DNA from: Candidatus Undinarchaeota archaeon
Lineage (GTDB): Archaea > Undinarchaeota > CAZWFW01
DNA length: 64,000 nucleotides
Reading direction: 5' to 3'
NCBI GenBank assembly: GCA_964633445.1
Contig: CAZWFW010000001.1
Location: 6,339-70,338, forward strand
Shown: one piece after another, positions 9,324 through 19,295 of the stretch
Position numbering within the stretch: position 1 is the stretch's first letter
How the letters are laid out: every line of letters begins with the position of its first letter
The notes under the pieces: generated by a model
Told to the model about the DNA's origin: nothing
Databases searched by the model: none
What the model saw: the letters and a program-made list of their open reading frames with translations, nothing else
Program-made: the position numbers and the translations under genes

Positions 9324-10325
9324 ATGTATGAGGATCTCACCGTACTGGGAAGAATTTGTGGTTACTTATTCTTCTTTCTTGCAATCCTTTTCCTACTTCT
9401 CAAGGTAAATGCAAGGTATGCAACTTGGTTCTTTCTGGGATGCTCAGCTGCTTTCCTAGCGGAAAGACCAACCCTATGGTTTTCTCAGCAAGTGTTCGAC
9501 GAAGGTTTTCTCATAGGTTTTTCTCTCTATACTTTCCCCTTTCTAATAATTTCATCATACCTTCTTAGGAAGGGGTTCAGAGATTTCTACTCTTTACTGC
9601 TCGGTGGCCTAATAACCCACTTACTCATAGATTTTTCTCTGAATGTTGTAAGAATGAATATAGTTGGTCTTTCTTTGATGATTTTTGTCGGACCTCTGCT
9701 CTTAATCGATAAATATATTTCGAAGAAACCCATCATAACCTTTCAAAAAAGGATTTATGATATATTTACAAATAGGAGAAATTTTTATCTCTTACTCTTC
9801 TTTGTCTTCATAATTTACTTGGGATATTCGGAAATGGGTTTGGCTGTTTCCCCTCTACCCTTTTATCTTTCCGTCATAGCACTCTTTGCAGAGTTTACGC
9901 TCCTTTACCTCATGTTTTCCTTTCTTTCGGATTCTCCTATAACTTCGCTAAGCATAAGCGAGATATTGCCCAACAAAAGAGAATGGAAAATCTTAACAGC
10001 ATCTTTTTTGCCAATCTATTTTTTAATCTTGGGTTTTCTTGTTTGGAAAGTTAGCAAGCTTCTTCCTCTCTCTACCATCATAGTCTTGATGGGTATGAAT
10101 TTGTTAGCGGTTCCATTCTTGATAATTTTATTGAAAAGGTGTAAGAAGAAGCACATGGAAACTGTGAACATAGAACTTAAAAAGTATGTGAACAAGAAGC
10201 ATCTTCTTATTTTCCTTTGCTTAGCTTCTCTCCCTCTCTTTTTCCTAGCTCCGGTTTCCGCTACTCTCGGAGTATTAACAACGCTAATAGTGCTTTTCTT
10301 CGTATTGGCGGATATACTTAGATAA
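9324..10325 (+). CDS. Polytopic membrane protein, unknown function
   Basis: At least 8 hydrophobic segments. The track start (9246) is a TTG inside the upstream gene. The first ATG is 9324 and an in-frame GTG at 9297 is an alternative. Confidence 0.6.
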   Translation: MYEDLTVLGRICGYLFFFLAILFLLLKVNARYATWFFLGCSAAFLAERPTLWFSQQVFDEGFLIGFSLYTFPFLIISSYLLRKGFRDFYSLLLGGLITHLLIDFSLNVVRMNIVGLSLMIFVGPLLLIDKYISKKPIITFQKRIYDIFTNRRNFYLLLFFVFIIYLGYSEMGLAVSPLPFYLSVIALFAEFTLLYLMFSFLSDSPITSLSISEILPNKREWKILTASFLPIYFLILGFLVWKVSKLLPLSTIIVLMGMNLLAVPFLIILLKRCKKKHMETVNIELKKYVNKKHLLIFLCLASLPLFFLAPVSATLGVLTTLIVLFFVLADILR

Positions 10326-10424
10326 TTTCTTCGCTTCTTCAAGAAATGATTTGAAATTTAAATGTTATATAACTTTACGTGCTAATTTAATTACAATAGA
10401 AAATCATTAAATAAATTTTTGATA

Positions 10425-10991
10425 ATGGGTGGTTCTTTACCAAGAATAACAAAGGTTTTGGTATGCGTTATGATAACTGTTGGTGTTCTTATAGTATTAT
10501 TTCTGAATATAAACAAGAATATGAGTGGATTTGAATGTCCAAAATATACCCCACCATCTCCAGATTTTTGCAAAGATGGGATAATTATCACAGGATTAAA
10601 AGATTTTAGGGGTTGTAATCTTCCTCCATATTGCTTTAAGAGCGTATCTATGAAACCGCCTTTAAAGAAAATGAACAATAGTGCTATGATATCAAATCCA
10701 GCAGCTGTGTACTGCGAGGCGCTTGGTTATAAATTCAAGATACTGAATGAGGAAAAGGGGCAGAGAGGCTATTGTATATTTCCCGATAATAGTAATTGCA
10801 CCGCATGGTCTTTCTTTGCGGGAGAATGTGGAAAAGAGTGGAGCTATTGTGAAAGATACTTAGGAGGAAAAATTATAGGATATAAACCCTGTAGCGTATC
10901 TACCAAATGCGCTGTATGTAAAGTTAAATTAGATACTACAAGAGAATGTCTTGAATGGAATTTGGTGAGAGGGTTCTGTAGAAATGAATGA
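10425..10991 (+). CDS. Membrane-anchored Cys-rich protein with DUF333-like (putative hemolysin, COG3042-type) domain
   Basis: NPAAVYCEALGYKFKILNEEKGQRGYCIFPDNSNCTAWSFFAGECG matches the DUF333 pattern. N-terminal TM present. The track start 10419 is TTG and the first ATG is 10425. Confidence 0.65.
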   Translation: MGGSLPRITKVLVCVMITVGVLIVLFLNINKNMSGFECPKYTPPSPDFCKDGIIITGLKDFRGCNLPPYCFKSVSMKPPLKKMNNSAMISNPAAVYCEALGYKFKILNEEKGQRGYCIFPDNSNCTAWSFFAGECGKEWSYCERYLGGKIIGYKPCSVSTKCAVCKVKLDTTRECLEWNLVRGFCRNE

Positions 10992-10993
10992 GA

Positions 10994-11066
10994 AGCCCCG
11001 ACCGGGATTTGAACCCGGGACCTCCGCTTTACCAGAGCGGCGCTCTACCAGCTGAGCTACCGGGGC
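10994..11066 (-). tRNA. tRNA-Thr (anticodon GGU)
   Basis: Reverse complement is GCCCCGGTAGCTCAGCTGGTAGAGCGCCGCTCTGGTAAAGCGGAGGTCCCGGGTTCAAATCCCGGTCGGGGCT. Cloverleaf with anticodon loop CTGGTAA. Confidence 0.9.
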
Positions 11067-11140
11067 ATCATTTTTATTTTAAGCAAATTCATAAAATATA
11101 AAAGTGTTGCTAGAGCTCTTGGAAAATAAATCTGCAAGAT

Positions 11141-12013
11141 TTACAAATTTTCAGATTTCAAAATTTCCCTTAGATACTCTATATTTCCTTCAGCACTTTC
11201 TTTTGAATTCTCAGCCCCTGGCAAATAGCCTTCAACAGTTACGTAACCATTATAGCCAATTTCCTTAAGCAAGCTTAAAACCCTAGCAATATCTATATTA
11301 CCCTCATAAAGAGGTAAATGAGGTCTGGCGCCCTTTGGACCATAGTTGTTGCTAATGTGCACATGCCCTAAATAATCTTTACATTCCTTAACGAATCTAG
11401 CAATTTCTTCTATAGAAGAGCTACCATCTCTCTGCAAATTTACATGAGCTATATCTAAGGTCAACTTTAAACCTTTCTTATGGAATCCATCATTCTCCAA
11501 GAGTTTTTTAACGTCATCTCTCGTAACCACAAGCTCTGTTTCTCTTGGATATTTAGGTTCCATATTTTCAACTGTAATCTCAACATCAAGAATTTTTGCA
11601 AATCTTAAAATTTCATCGAGACCATCTACCATTAACCTCCAGACATCTTCTTTGCTTTGGGACGGTGTAACCTTCCTGCCAGGATGAATAACCACAACCC
11701 TAGCATTTAGTATCTTTGCTAATTTTATCGATGATTTTATGCAACGCAATGAATATCTTCTCACCATAGGATTTAAACTTGCAAAATTCAAATCCCATTT
11801 TGTTGCGTGAACGGTTATATCTAAACCCAAACTTTTAAGTTTCTCCTTCCATCTCTCCCAAAACTTTATTGGATATACTTGAAGCATCCAAGGATACTCG
11901 GCCCATATCTCAACAAAATCATACCCGCATCTAGCAACAAATTCCATAGTTTTGTTAAATCCCCACTCATGCAATAAATCCCAAAGTGCTCGTGTAGAAA
12001 TTCCAAATTTCAT
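11141..12013 (-). CDS. Sugar phosphate isomerase/epimerase (xylose-isomerase-like TIM barrel)
   Basis: 290 aa with the beta-strand-end pattern typical of the family (VEIW, ITVHA, VVVIHPG, ITVENM, LTLDIAHV, HVHISNN, VTVEGY). Confidence 0.8.
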   Translation of the reverse strand: MKFGISTRALWDLLHEWGFNKTMEFVARCGYDFVEIWAEYPWMLQVYPIKFWERWKEKLKSLGLDITVHATKWDLNFASLNPMVRRYSLRCIKSSIKLAKILNARVVVIHPGRKVTPSQSKEDVWRLMVDGLDEILRFAKILDVEITVENMEPKYPRETELVVTRDDVKKLLENDGFHKKGLKLTLDIAHVNLQRDGSSSIEEIARFVKECKDYLGHVHISNNYGPKGARPHLPLYEGNIDIARVLSLLKEIGYNGYVTVEGYLPGAENSKESAEGNIEYLREILKSENL

Positions 12014-12063
12014 AACAATAAAAATTATGTTCTTTTGCTATGATATTAATTTTCAGTTCTAAT

Positions 12064-15000
12064 TTATTTTATAATAAGAGTTATTGCCTCGCTCTGTCCT
12101 CTTATATCACTATACATACCATAAGCTACCGCTGGCTTGGCATAAACGACGCTTGGATATTCAGCAACTAATTCATATTCTATGCTTGCCTCACCCAAAT
12201 GATTAATAAACCACGAGATTTTGTTACCATTAATTTCATACCTCACAATATTCTCACTTAAGTCATCCTTTAGCGAAGTTTCTTTAACCCTGAATCCAGG
12301 AGGTATGTAATCTTCAAGAATAACATAGTAGATATCGTTGCCCCTAATGCTTATTTTAACATTCACAACATCCCCAACCCTTGCAACTGTTTTGTTATAA
12401 CTCTTTTCAACGATTATATCTTTTTCAGGTAAAATCTGCAGCGTTTCGGTTGTTTGCTTAACAATTATGGTATAATAAGGATTGCCAATACCCTCTTTTC
12501 TTATTTCAATAACATTTCTTCCTGTTTCTAAATATTTAGTCACATCAATGATGTAAAGTTCGTCCTTATTTTCCTCAGTTACTGTAAAGCTTTGAACCTC
12601 TTTACCATTAACAAAAATGCTTAGTTTATAGTCCGCTTTTTGTTCCTTAGTAATCTTACTATACTCATATATTGCTAGCAGCGCCTCAGCAGTATCTTTT
12701 GTTGTATACCAACCGTAATATCTCTTGTTCTCAATTAACCACTTAATCGCCTCTTGAACAATTCCGTAATACTTAACATTCTCCGTTGCTAATAACGCCC
12801 TTATAGCACATGCAGTTGTTTCAACATCACCTGCAAGTGCTTTACCATGCCAATGGTTATTAACTGCCATGTCATAAAGCTTTTCGGCTAAATGGCTGGT
12901 ATCTCTTCCTGCTTTTTCATAGGCTAGGATTATTAGGGAGAGTGTGTAAGCATCCTCAACATTCTCATGATCTTCCAAATATTCAAGTGCTTTCTGAATA
13001 TGATAATCATCTTTGCTAACACCACTTTCAAGCAAAGCTAAAGTTACGTAAGCTGTCATAGCAACATCATTACCCCTTAACCAATGACTACCATGCCATG
13101 CACCATTGTATTCTTGTCTCTGCATCAAAACCCTCTGAGCCCCATCAATTATGCTCCCATCAACATAGAAACCTACCTGTTTGGCTTTAGCTAGGCCAAA
13201 TAATACGTAAGCCGTCATGAACTCATTAGTAGCATCATTTTCCCACCACCCCCATCCCCCATCGCTATGTCTAAAGCTATAAATTCTTTGTAAACCTTTA
13301 GCTATCATATCATCAAGCTTTTTCTCAAATTCCTCATCAAGCATACCTTTTTCTTTTAGAAGCATTTTGATTATGATATCAGGATATAAGCTACTCATCG
13401 TTTGTTCAACACATCCGTAAGGATACCTTGCAAGTCTTTCTACCCCTACAATTGAAATGCTTAGTAAAGTAGGTTGGATGAGGATCTTAGCATTGGTAAA
13501 TTCTGGAATAGCATTTTCGTATATCTCAAACTCCTTTTTAACATAATTGCTTTCAAGCACACCTGAAAATGATAAGGTTATTGGCTCTATCTTTGGCGTA
13601 ATCAAAATTTGCTTTCTTACGCCATCTGAATACTCGCCTGAATAAGCAACTACAGTGACATTTGCTGAGCCATAACTTGTTAACTTAACATACCAACTTA
13701 CCTCCTTCGCTTCATTTGGTCTTAATCTAACTACTTTTGTTTCATTATCCAGTATGACAAATTTCTTGGATTGAATTAAGGTAACATAAGCATCTATGCT
13801 TTCATCCAAAAAGTTAAACACCCTAGCGCTTATGGTTACCTCATCCCCAACCGTCGCTTCACTAGGCACATGAACCTTTATAAAGAAGTCTTTCTTGGCA
13901 ATAACCTCAGCATCATTATTACTTCCAACATCACAATTCTTAGAGGCTGCTAAGGCAAGAACTTGCCACGTTGTTATACTATCAGGCAATTTGAATTTTA
14001 CCTCTGCGGTACCATCTTTTGCTATAATTTCTTTCCATAAAGCTGTGTCTGGGAAGTAGTATCTTATCTCTATTCCCTTAGGAATATACCCAACACCCCT
14101 TGCCTCTTCTTCTAGCGTTTTAGGTGCCCCAATACCCGCAGCCCATTCCTCATATGTGAGATACTGTGGTGCGGCCCTCATAACCATTCCTCCCATAAGG
14201 AACATGCCTATAAGCAAGAAAACTACAACAAAAATTGCTGAGAGAATCGCTACACAAACAAGCACTGGTTTTCTCATATCTTTTCTTATAGCAGCTAAAA
14301 TGGCCAAAGCTATTATGAAAATTGGTAAAATCCAGAAGGCAGATGCTCCTGAAATTACTAAAAGAAGTAGAGAAAATGGAACAGCTAATCCAGCCAAGTA
14401 GTATCTTGTAGGTCTCCTTTTTACTTTGAGAATTACCAAAGCACCAAGCAAGGACGCAGTTGAGATGGTTGCCCACGCATCTTCATCTACATATCCGATT
14501 CCGAGAACATCAATAATTACTGCAAGAATAAATGCAGCCCCTAAGATTAAAGTTGGTAGTATAGCATACAAATATCTTGCTCTTCCAGTTTTAGCTAAAT
14601 ATACTGATGCAAGCGCTAGTGTTAGCAAAACTATAACTATAGCTAGAAGAATAAGTTTTTCAGCAATTTCGTTAACTTTCCACCTATCCACCTCAATTGC
14701 TGTTAGCGATACTCTGATGCTTTGAGCAGGGTTAGCATAATAGTGCTCAAATGGCGAGAATTTGTTTTCTTTCAGTATTTGAACAGATTTATCTATTACT
14801 GCAAAACTAACTAATGCTGAAATTGGCTTATTATCTTTAGAAACTTTAAATTTTATAGTTGCTTCTTCTCTTGGCTCATAAATTTTCTTATCGGATATTA
14901 TTTCAACATCTAGTTTCTTATCTGGCAAAACGTATATTGAAATTTCGTCATATGGGCAGGGAACACCATAACTTCCTTTAACAAGTTTTGGCGAAACATA

Positions 15001-16701
15001 TTCATAAGCATAAGTTCTATAGTAAGGATAACTGTATTTTCTGCAATCTTTTAAGACATATGCTCTTATAATAGCGTTCTGATATGAGGGCTTAGCTTTG
15101 ATAGTTAATTCAGCTTTTGCATCATTATCAAGCCTTACAGCATAGAAATCTGATGCATAAGATCCTAGAACACTCACATAAACGATTTCGTTTCTGTACT
15201 TCTCCTTTGCCAGTATGCCAAGCTTTATATCCTCGTTTTCTCTATATTCTTTCTTATCAGAGAAAACAACTATGTTTTTTTGCTCAATTTCATTAACTTG
15301 TGGTCTGCAATAAATACCCCTTCTGGAGTAATACCAGCAAGGTTTATAATTTAGGAAAATCTCTTTTTCTGCTGAATAAACACCATCATCTATGCTGAGT
15401 GTTATTTTAACATATTCAACTCCGCTTGGGTACCTGAACTTTATTAAAAACCCAGCACCCCTGCTTGCACCTTCGTCTAGTACCTCCTCCTGCAACTCGT
15501 TATCAACAATTTTATATCCTATAAGCTTCCATGTAGTTCTCGCATTACTTGCCTCTGTGCTATCAGGATATGCTATTGAAACGTAAACTTCAACATTGTC
15601 CCCCTCTCTATAAACTTCCTTGTTTTTCTGAATTTCTACATTAAATGCAGATGTTACGATGGGTATTTTCTTTATAGCTGAGGTTTCTATACCTAAAACT
15701 TCGCTTTTTGCTTCTATTACAAGGGACTTTGGATATCTCCAATAATGGTGGTAGTAATAGGGAATCTCAAAGGGAAATCTAACTATGCAAATTCCTTGGG
15801 AATTTGTTATACAGCTATCCTGTTGAATAATATTCCTTTCACGCCACCCAGATACTTCCAAATAAACCTTGTAATCGATTTTCTGGTTAACAACTGGATC
15901 TCCGAAAATATAAGTCAATTTGAATTTTACCTCAAACTCCTTATCATCCCTTGTAATCCAGTTTTTGCTCAGAATATCTAATTTAGCCTCTGGTTTTTCG
16001 TATTTTCTTATCTCGACAACCAATTTTTCAGTAGTATTCCCATATAATGCTGTAAATGAATAGTTTCCAATCTCAGCTTCTTTATCTATAGGGAAGCTAA
16101 GGGAAAAATGACTAAAATCGTCTGTCTCAACATTTTTCTTAAAGATAATTCTATTAGACGGATTTCTTACTATTAAAGCAACGGTTTTATGAGTAATTGG
16201 TGCGTATGTTCCATTGATTTGCTGCCAAACAAAACCAGCAACCTTTATTTCCTGGCCTGGCTTATAAATTTTTCTATCTGAATATAAATATATCTTAGCT
16301 TTTCTTTTCTCGATCTTTATCATTCTAGAGATCTCTCTGCTCTTACCGTGGTGCCATGCTTTAACTTTAAGCTCATAATTCCCTTCTGGTAAGTCTGGCA
16401 AAGTTATTCTTGCCATACCTGCTTTATTTGCTATTACGGTTTCCTCAAAATCGCCAATCCCAAAAGTTATTTTTGCATAAGGTAGTGGTTTGTAATCGGG
16501 GGATAATGCCATAGCAAAACCGTTAAGCTCTTCACCAGCATATTGCGTATCAGATATTTCTAAAAGCAGATTTATTTTCGTGTATTTGTTGTATAAATAG
16601 AAAAGCTTAGATAACCATAGCGGTGATGAGAAAAGCAGAATGCTTAAAGCTATAAGAGATATTATCGCAAACTTCAATTTTCTAAAAGAAACTTTTTTCA
16701 T
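12064..16701 (-). CDS. Alpha-2-macroglobulin-like thioester protein with internal multi-TM block
   Basis: N-terminal signal-anchor. Several MG-type repeats (SDRKIYKPGQEIKV, SDKKEYRENEDIKL, SDKKIYEPREEATI). Hydrophobic block at about nt 14177-14660. Then YFPDTALW...LPDSITTWQVLALAAS, the thioester motif YPYGCVEQT (CVEQ = 13402-13413) and DGGWGWW in a TED-like region. Confidence 0.85.
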   Translation of the reverse strand: MKKVSFRKLKFAIISLIALSILLFSSPLWLSKLFYLYNKYTKINLLLEISDTQYAGEELNGFAMALSPDYKPLPYAKITFGIGDFEETVIANKAGMARITLPDLPEGNYELKVKAWHHGKSREISRMIKIEKRKAKIYLYSDRKIYKPGQEIKVAGFVWQQINGTYAPITHKTVALIVRNPSNRIIFKKNVETDDFSHFSLSFPIDKEAEIGNYSFTALYGNTTEKLVVEIRKYEKPEAKLDILSKNWITRDDKEFEVKFKLTYIFGDPVVNQKIDYKVYLEVSGWRERNIIQQDSCITNSQGICIVRFPFEIPYYYHHYWRYPKSLVIEAKSEVLGIETSAIKKIPIVTSAFNVEIQKNKEVYREGDNVEVYVSIAYPDSTEASNARTTWKLIGYKIVDNELQEEVLDEGASRGAGFLIKFRYPSGVEYVKITLSIDDGVYSAEKEIFLNYKPCWYYSRRGIYCRPQVNEIEQKNIVVFSDKKEYRENEDIKLGILAKEKYRNEIVYVSVLGSYASDFYAVRLDNDAKAELTIKAKPSYQNAIIRAYVLKDCRKYSYPYYRTYAYEYVSPKLVKGSYGVPCPYDEISIYVLPDKKLDVEIISDKKIYEPREEATIKFKVSKDNKPISALVSFAVIDKSVQILKENKFSPFEHYYANPAQSIRVSLTAIEVDRWKVNEIAEKLILLAIVIVLLTLALASVYLAKTGRARYLYAILPTLILGAAFILAVIIDVLGIGYVDEDAWATISTASLLGALVILKVKRRPTRYYLAGLAVPFSLLLLVISGASAFWILPIFIIALAILAAIRKDMRKPVLVCVAILSAIFVVVFLLIGMFLMGGMVMRAAPQYLTYEEWAAGIGAPKTLEEEARGVGYIPKGIEIRYYFPDTALWKEIIAKDGTAEVKFKLPDSITTWQVLALAASKNCDVGSNNDAEVIAKKDFFIKVHVPSEATVGDEVTISARVFNFLDESIDAYVTLIQSKKFVILDNETKVVRLRPNEAKEVSWYVKLTSYGSANVTVVAYSGEYSDGVRKQILITPKIEPITLSFSGVLESNYVKKEFEIYENAIPEFTNAKILIQPTLLSISIVGVERLARYPYGCVEQTMSSLYPDIIIKMLLKEKGMLDEEFEKKLDDMIAKGLQRIYSFRHSDGGWGWWENDATNEFMTAYVLFGLAKAKQVGFYVDGSIIDGAQRVLMQRQEYNGAWHGSHWLRGNDVAMTAYVTLALLESGVSKDDYHIQKALEYLEDHENVEDAYTLSLIILAYEKAGRDTSHLAEKLYDMAVNNHWHGKALAGDVETTACAIRALLATENVKYYGIVQEAIKWLIENKRYYGWYTTKDTAEALLAIYEYSKITKEQKADYKLSIFVNGKEVQSFTVTEENKDELYIIDVTKYLETGRNVIEIRKEGIGNPYYTIIVKQTTETLQILPEKDIIVEKSYNKTVARVGDVVNVKISIRGNDIYYVILEDYIPPGFRVKETSLKDDLSENIVRYEINGNKISWFINHLGEASIEYELVAEYPSVVYAKPAVAYGMYSDIRGQSEAITLIIK

Positions 16702-16707
16702 GAAAAT

Positions 16708-18504
16708 TCACCACATAACCTTCTTAATGGCATTCCTTTTCCATACTATGATTATAATGAAAAGAATTAGCAAAAATGTCCAGAGAATCTTAGACTCAAG
16801 CTTCATGCCAACAACCTCAACATAAACTTCCTCATTCGGTTTCAAATTTCTAAATTTCCCTTCCAAATACTTATTCATTCTTGGAATCTCTATTTCTATT
16901 GGTACACCTCTCTTTGTTACAACAACCTCCTCAACTTGCTTCTCAACACCTATCTCCCTTAAAACTTGAGCTTGCTGAGCAAAAAATCCTTTACCACCCA
17001 GCGTTATTTGTCTATATGGTCTTGTGGGAATAAATTCAACAATCTTCAACTCCATTTCAGGTTTCGAGCTCATTTTCAATTTTTTGAAATCTGTTGGCAG
17101 ACCTAGCTTAATCGCCCCTTCAAGAATTGGTGCTGAAATCTTGGGCAAATACGCTAAGTAAGTTAATAGAACATTTCCTTTTTGAACATTATCTTGTGTG
17201 TAGATTACTATTAATTCGAAATCTCTATAGTCATTACCAACTTTTTCTGAAAGAGGCAGAGGAATTTTTATTTTTTCTTGCTCCTTATAGGCGAAAGCAT
17301 TTTCACCGTCTATCAAAGCTCCCCAGAACGTTGCATTATCTGGCAAAGTCAACTCCAATGTTTTACCAGGCTCCGTATTTACAATGCGATACGTTGCTTT
17401 AACAAGTGCAAAATCCTTTGTAGGTAATATATCGTACGTTGCTTGCTTAATAATAGTAGCTAAAACACCTACTTCCTCAACTTTTTCTTTGGATATAAGC
17501 AGAGAAAATTTTTGGCCTTCATACGTTGCCACCAAAACGTAATCTGCAGCATATTTTCTTCCAAAATCCAGCAAATCCTGCCTTTCATACGGGGATATCT
17601 CCCTTACATTAGTTGCAGATGTAACGTTAATCTCAAATCCCTTTGCATATACTGCCAATGCACAAGCATACGCATCTGTAGCTCCTTTTTCTAAAAATAT
17701 CGTTGGCTGTGTAATATTGAGAGTTAGAACTTCAAATTTAAGCGTTAATAGAAGACTGTTTGTAGATCTAGGCAAGACTGCTGAGAGAGTATTATTTTCA
17801 ATCTCAGCAAAATCTAAAAGATGATAGTCGCTTCCAGCATAAGTGGCTATCGCATCCTCCAATCTATAGTTTGATGGGAAACTTAATTTTATGTAATTAA
17901 AGCTACCCGCGGATGTTGGGTGATATATAAATATTGCTTTGTCCTTATCTGCTAGGGTTATTATAGCATATGCCCTCTCTATTTCCTGCGGTAAAGTTAT
18001 CTCCTGCCATTCAGATTTAACATTTAGAGAATTTGCATTTGTAACCAGCCAAACAATCTTGTTTTCAACCCATTCATAGGGTTCAGGAGTGGGGTGAACC
18101 TTTAATTTTCTATAAAATTCATTATCGAACTCATATTCCATCTCCAAAATTTTTGCGGGGCTTGGCAAAGAAATTGAAGATTCCGCCTTATTCTTACAAA
18201 TCTTAATCCCATCAGCTAAGATTATATGTTTACCAGAAGTTAAATTAATTTTAAGCAAGTTGTAAGCATATTGCTCCTCAGAAACTGGGTTATTATCTAC
18301 ATAAACATCTTCAACAGCAAAATCCCCTAATGGCAGAGTGATTGTTGTATTCCTGAATGCTGAAATTTCTATTCTTAGCGAGACATCGCACTTATTCTCA
18401 GAAATCTTGTAAGCAAGTTCGTATTTATTTATGGTGTAATCCTGAGCATGTGCGTAATTCAAGCTTGTCAAGACCAGTAAAAGTAATATAAACAGACCCC
18501 TCAT
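16708..18504 (-). CDS. Exported protein with C-terminal TM anchor, unknown function
   Basis: 598 aa with signal peptide MRGLFILLLLVLTSLNYAHA|Q and C-terminal TM ILWTFLLILFIIIIVW followed by KRNAIKK. 6-nt gap to the A2M-like gene and ATGA overlap with the upstream gene. Confidence 0.7.
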   Translation of the reverse strand: MRGLFILLLLVLTSLNYAHAQDYTINKYELAYKISENKCDVSLRIEISAFRNTTITLPLGDFAVEDVYVDNNPVSEEQYAYNLLKINLTSGKHIILADGIKICKNKAESSISLPSPAKILEMEYEFDNEFYRKLKVHPTPEPYEWVENKIVWLVTNANSLNVKSEWQEITLPQEIERAYAIITLADKDKAIFIYHPTSAGSFNYIKLSFPSNYRLEDAIATYAGSDYHLLDFAEIENNTLSAVLPRSTNSLLLTLKFEVLTLNITQPTIFLEKGATDAYACALAVYAKGFEINVTSATNVREISPYERQDLLDFGRKYAADYVLVATYEGQKFSLLISKEKVEEVGVLATIIKQATYDILPTKDFALVKATYRIVNTEPGKTLELTLPDNATFWGALIDGENAFAYKEQEKIKIPLPLSEKVGNDYRDFELIVIYTQDNVQKGNVLLTYLAYLPKISAPILEGAIKLGLPTDFKKLKMSSKPEMELKIVEFIPTRPYRQITLGGKGFFAQQAQVLREIGVEKQVEEVVVTKRGVPIEIEIPRMNKYLEGKFRNLKPNEEVYVEVVGMKLESKILWTFLLILFIIIIVWKRNAIKKVMW

Positions 18505-19130
18505 CTTACAACGCTTGCTTTTTCTACAAATCCATAGCTTGCCTCAGCTAGGATTCCCGCTCTTACTTTTGGGGTCGGATGGAAAAGTAGATCCACAAAT
18601 TGAACTAGTGTAAAGATAAGAATACATAAAGTTACTATAATTAAAATAACTGTCTCCCAATCTTTTCTCTTTTCATGCTTAAAATATAAGTAAAGATATC
18701 TTATACTTGCAGCACCTCCTAACCATATTGAGATTATATGTAACACTACTGGCGAATGATCTGTTAAACTATAAAGAATGTTTAACGGTAGGATGGCAAG
18801 CATGACTAAAGTTGCTACCAAAAAAGTTACAAGGTTTCTTGAAAATGCATTAATAACAGTGTCTCTTGAGCCAAAAATCCATGTAAGCATATAAAGAGGA
18901 ATTGTTGCAAAAAGAATTGTTAAAATTTCTGTTACAGGAAATTTCCACGCAAATGCTAAAGATGTTTGGAAAATTTTATCTAATAAGTATCCGTAGATTG
19001 CCCCATAGATTGAGGAAAATATAATAAGCGCCAAGGAAAAATATAAGACGGTTATTTTTTCCTTGTTTAGCATATCAAAACTCTTCTCAGGCTTTTTTAG
19101 GAGAGATATTACTGCTGTTATAGCACCCAT
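18501..19130 (-). CDS. Polytopic membrane protein (about 5 TM; Yip1-like impression, unverified)
   Basis: 209 aa with a short soluble N-terminus followed by 5 hydrophobic helices. First gene of the three-gene unit ending in the A2M-like gene. Confidence 0.6.
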   Translation of the reverse strand: MGAITAVISLLKKPEKSFDMLNKEKITVLYFSLALIIFSSIYGAIYGYLLDKIFQTSLAFAWKFPVTEILTILFATIPLYMLTWIFGSRDTVINAFSRNLVTFLVATLVMLAILPLNILYSLTDHSPVVLHIISIWLGGAASIRYLYLYFKHEKRKDWETVILIIVTLCILIFTLVQFVDLLFHPTPKVRAGILAEASYGFVEKASVVR

Positions 19131-19295
19131 ACCAAATAGTATAGGTTACTGCTAAACTTTATAAAATTAACTTTTGCGTTGTATCTTGGTTTCTGTAGCT
19201 ATTGTTTGGTGATTTTGTTCATGATAAAATGCGGAAATTGCGATCATATAGTAACTTTCAAAGCAAAAAGGGTGTAAAATTGAGATAGGGGAGTA

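Noticed and set aside
19221-19277. 18-aa ORF MIKCGNCDHIVTFKAKRV in the htpX downstream intergenic region (half zinc-ribbon look).
   Set aside because: It is too short, has a single CxxC only and no ribosome-binding or promoter signal I could see. It cannot be distinguished from chance.
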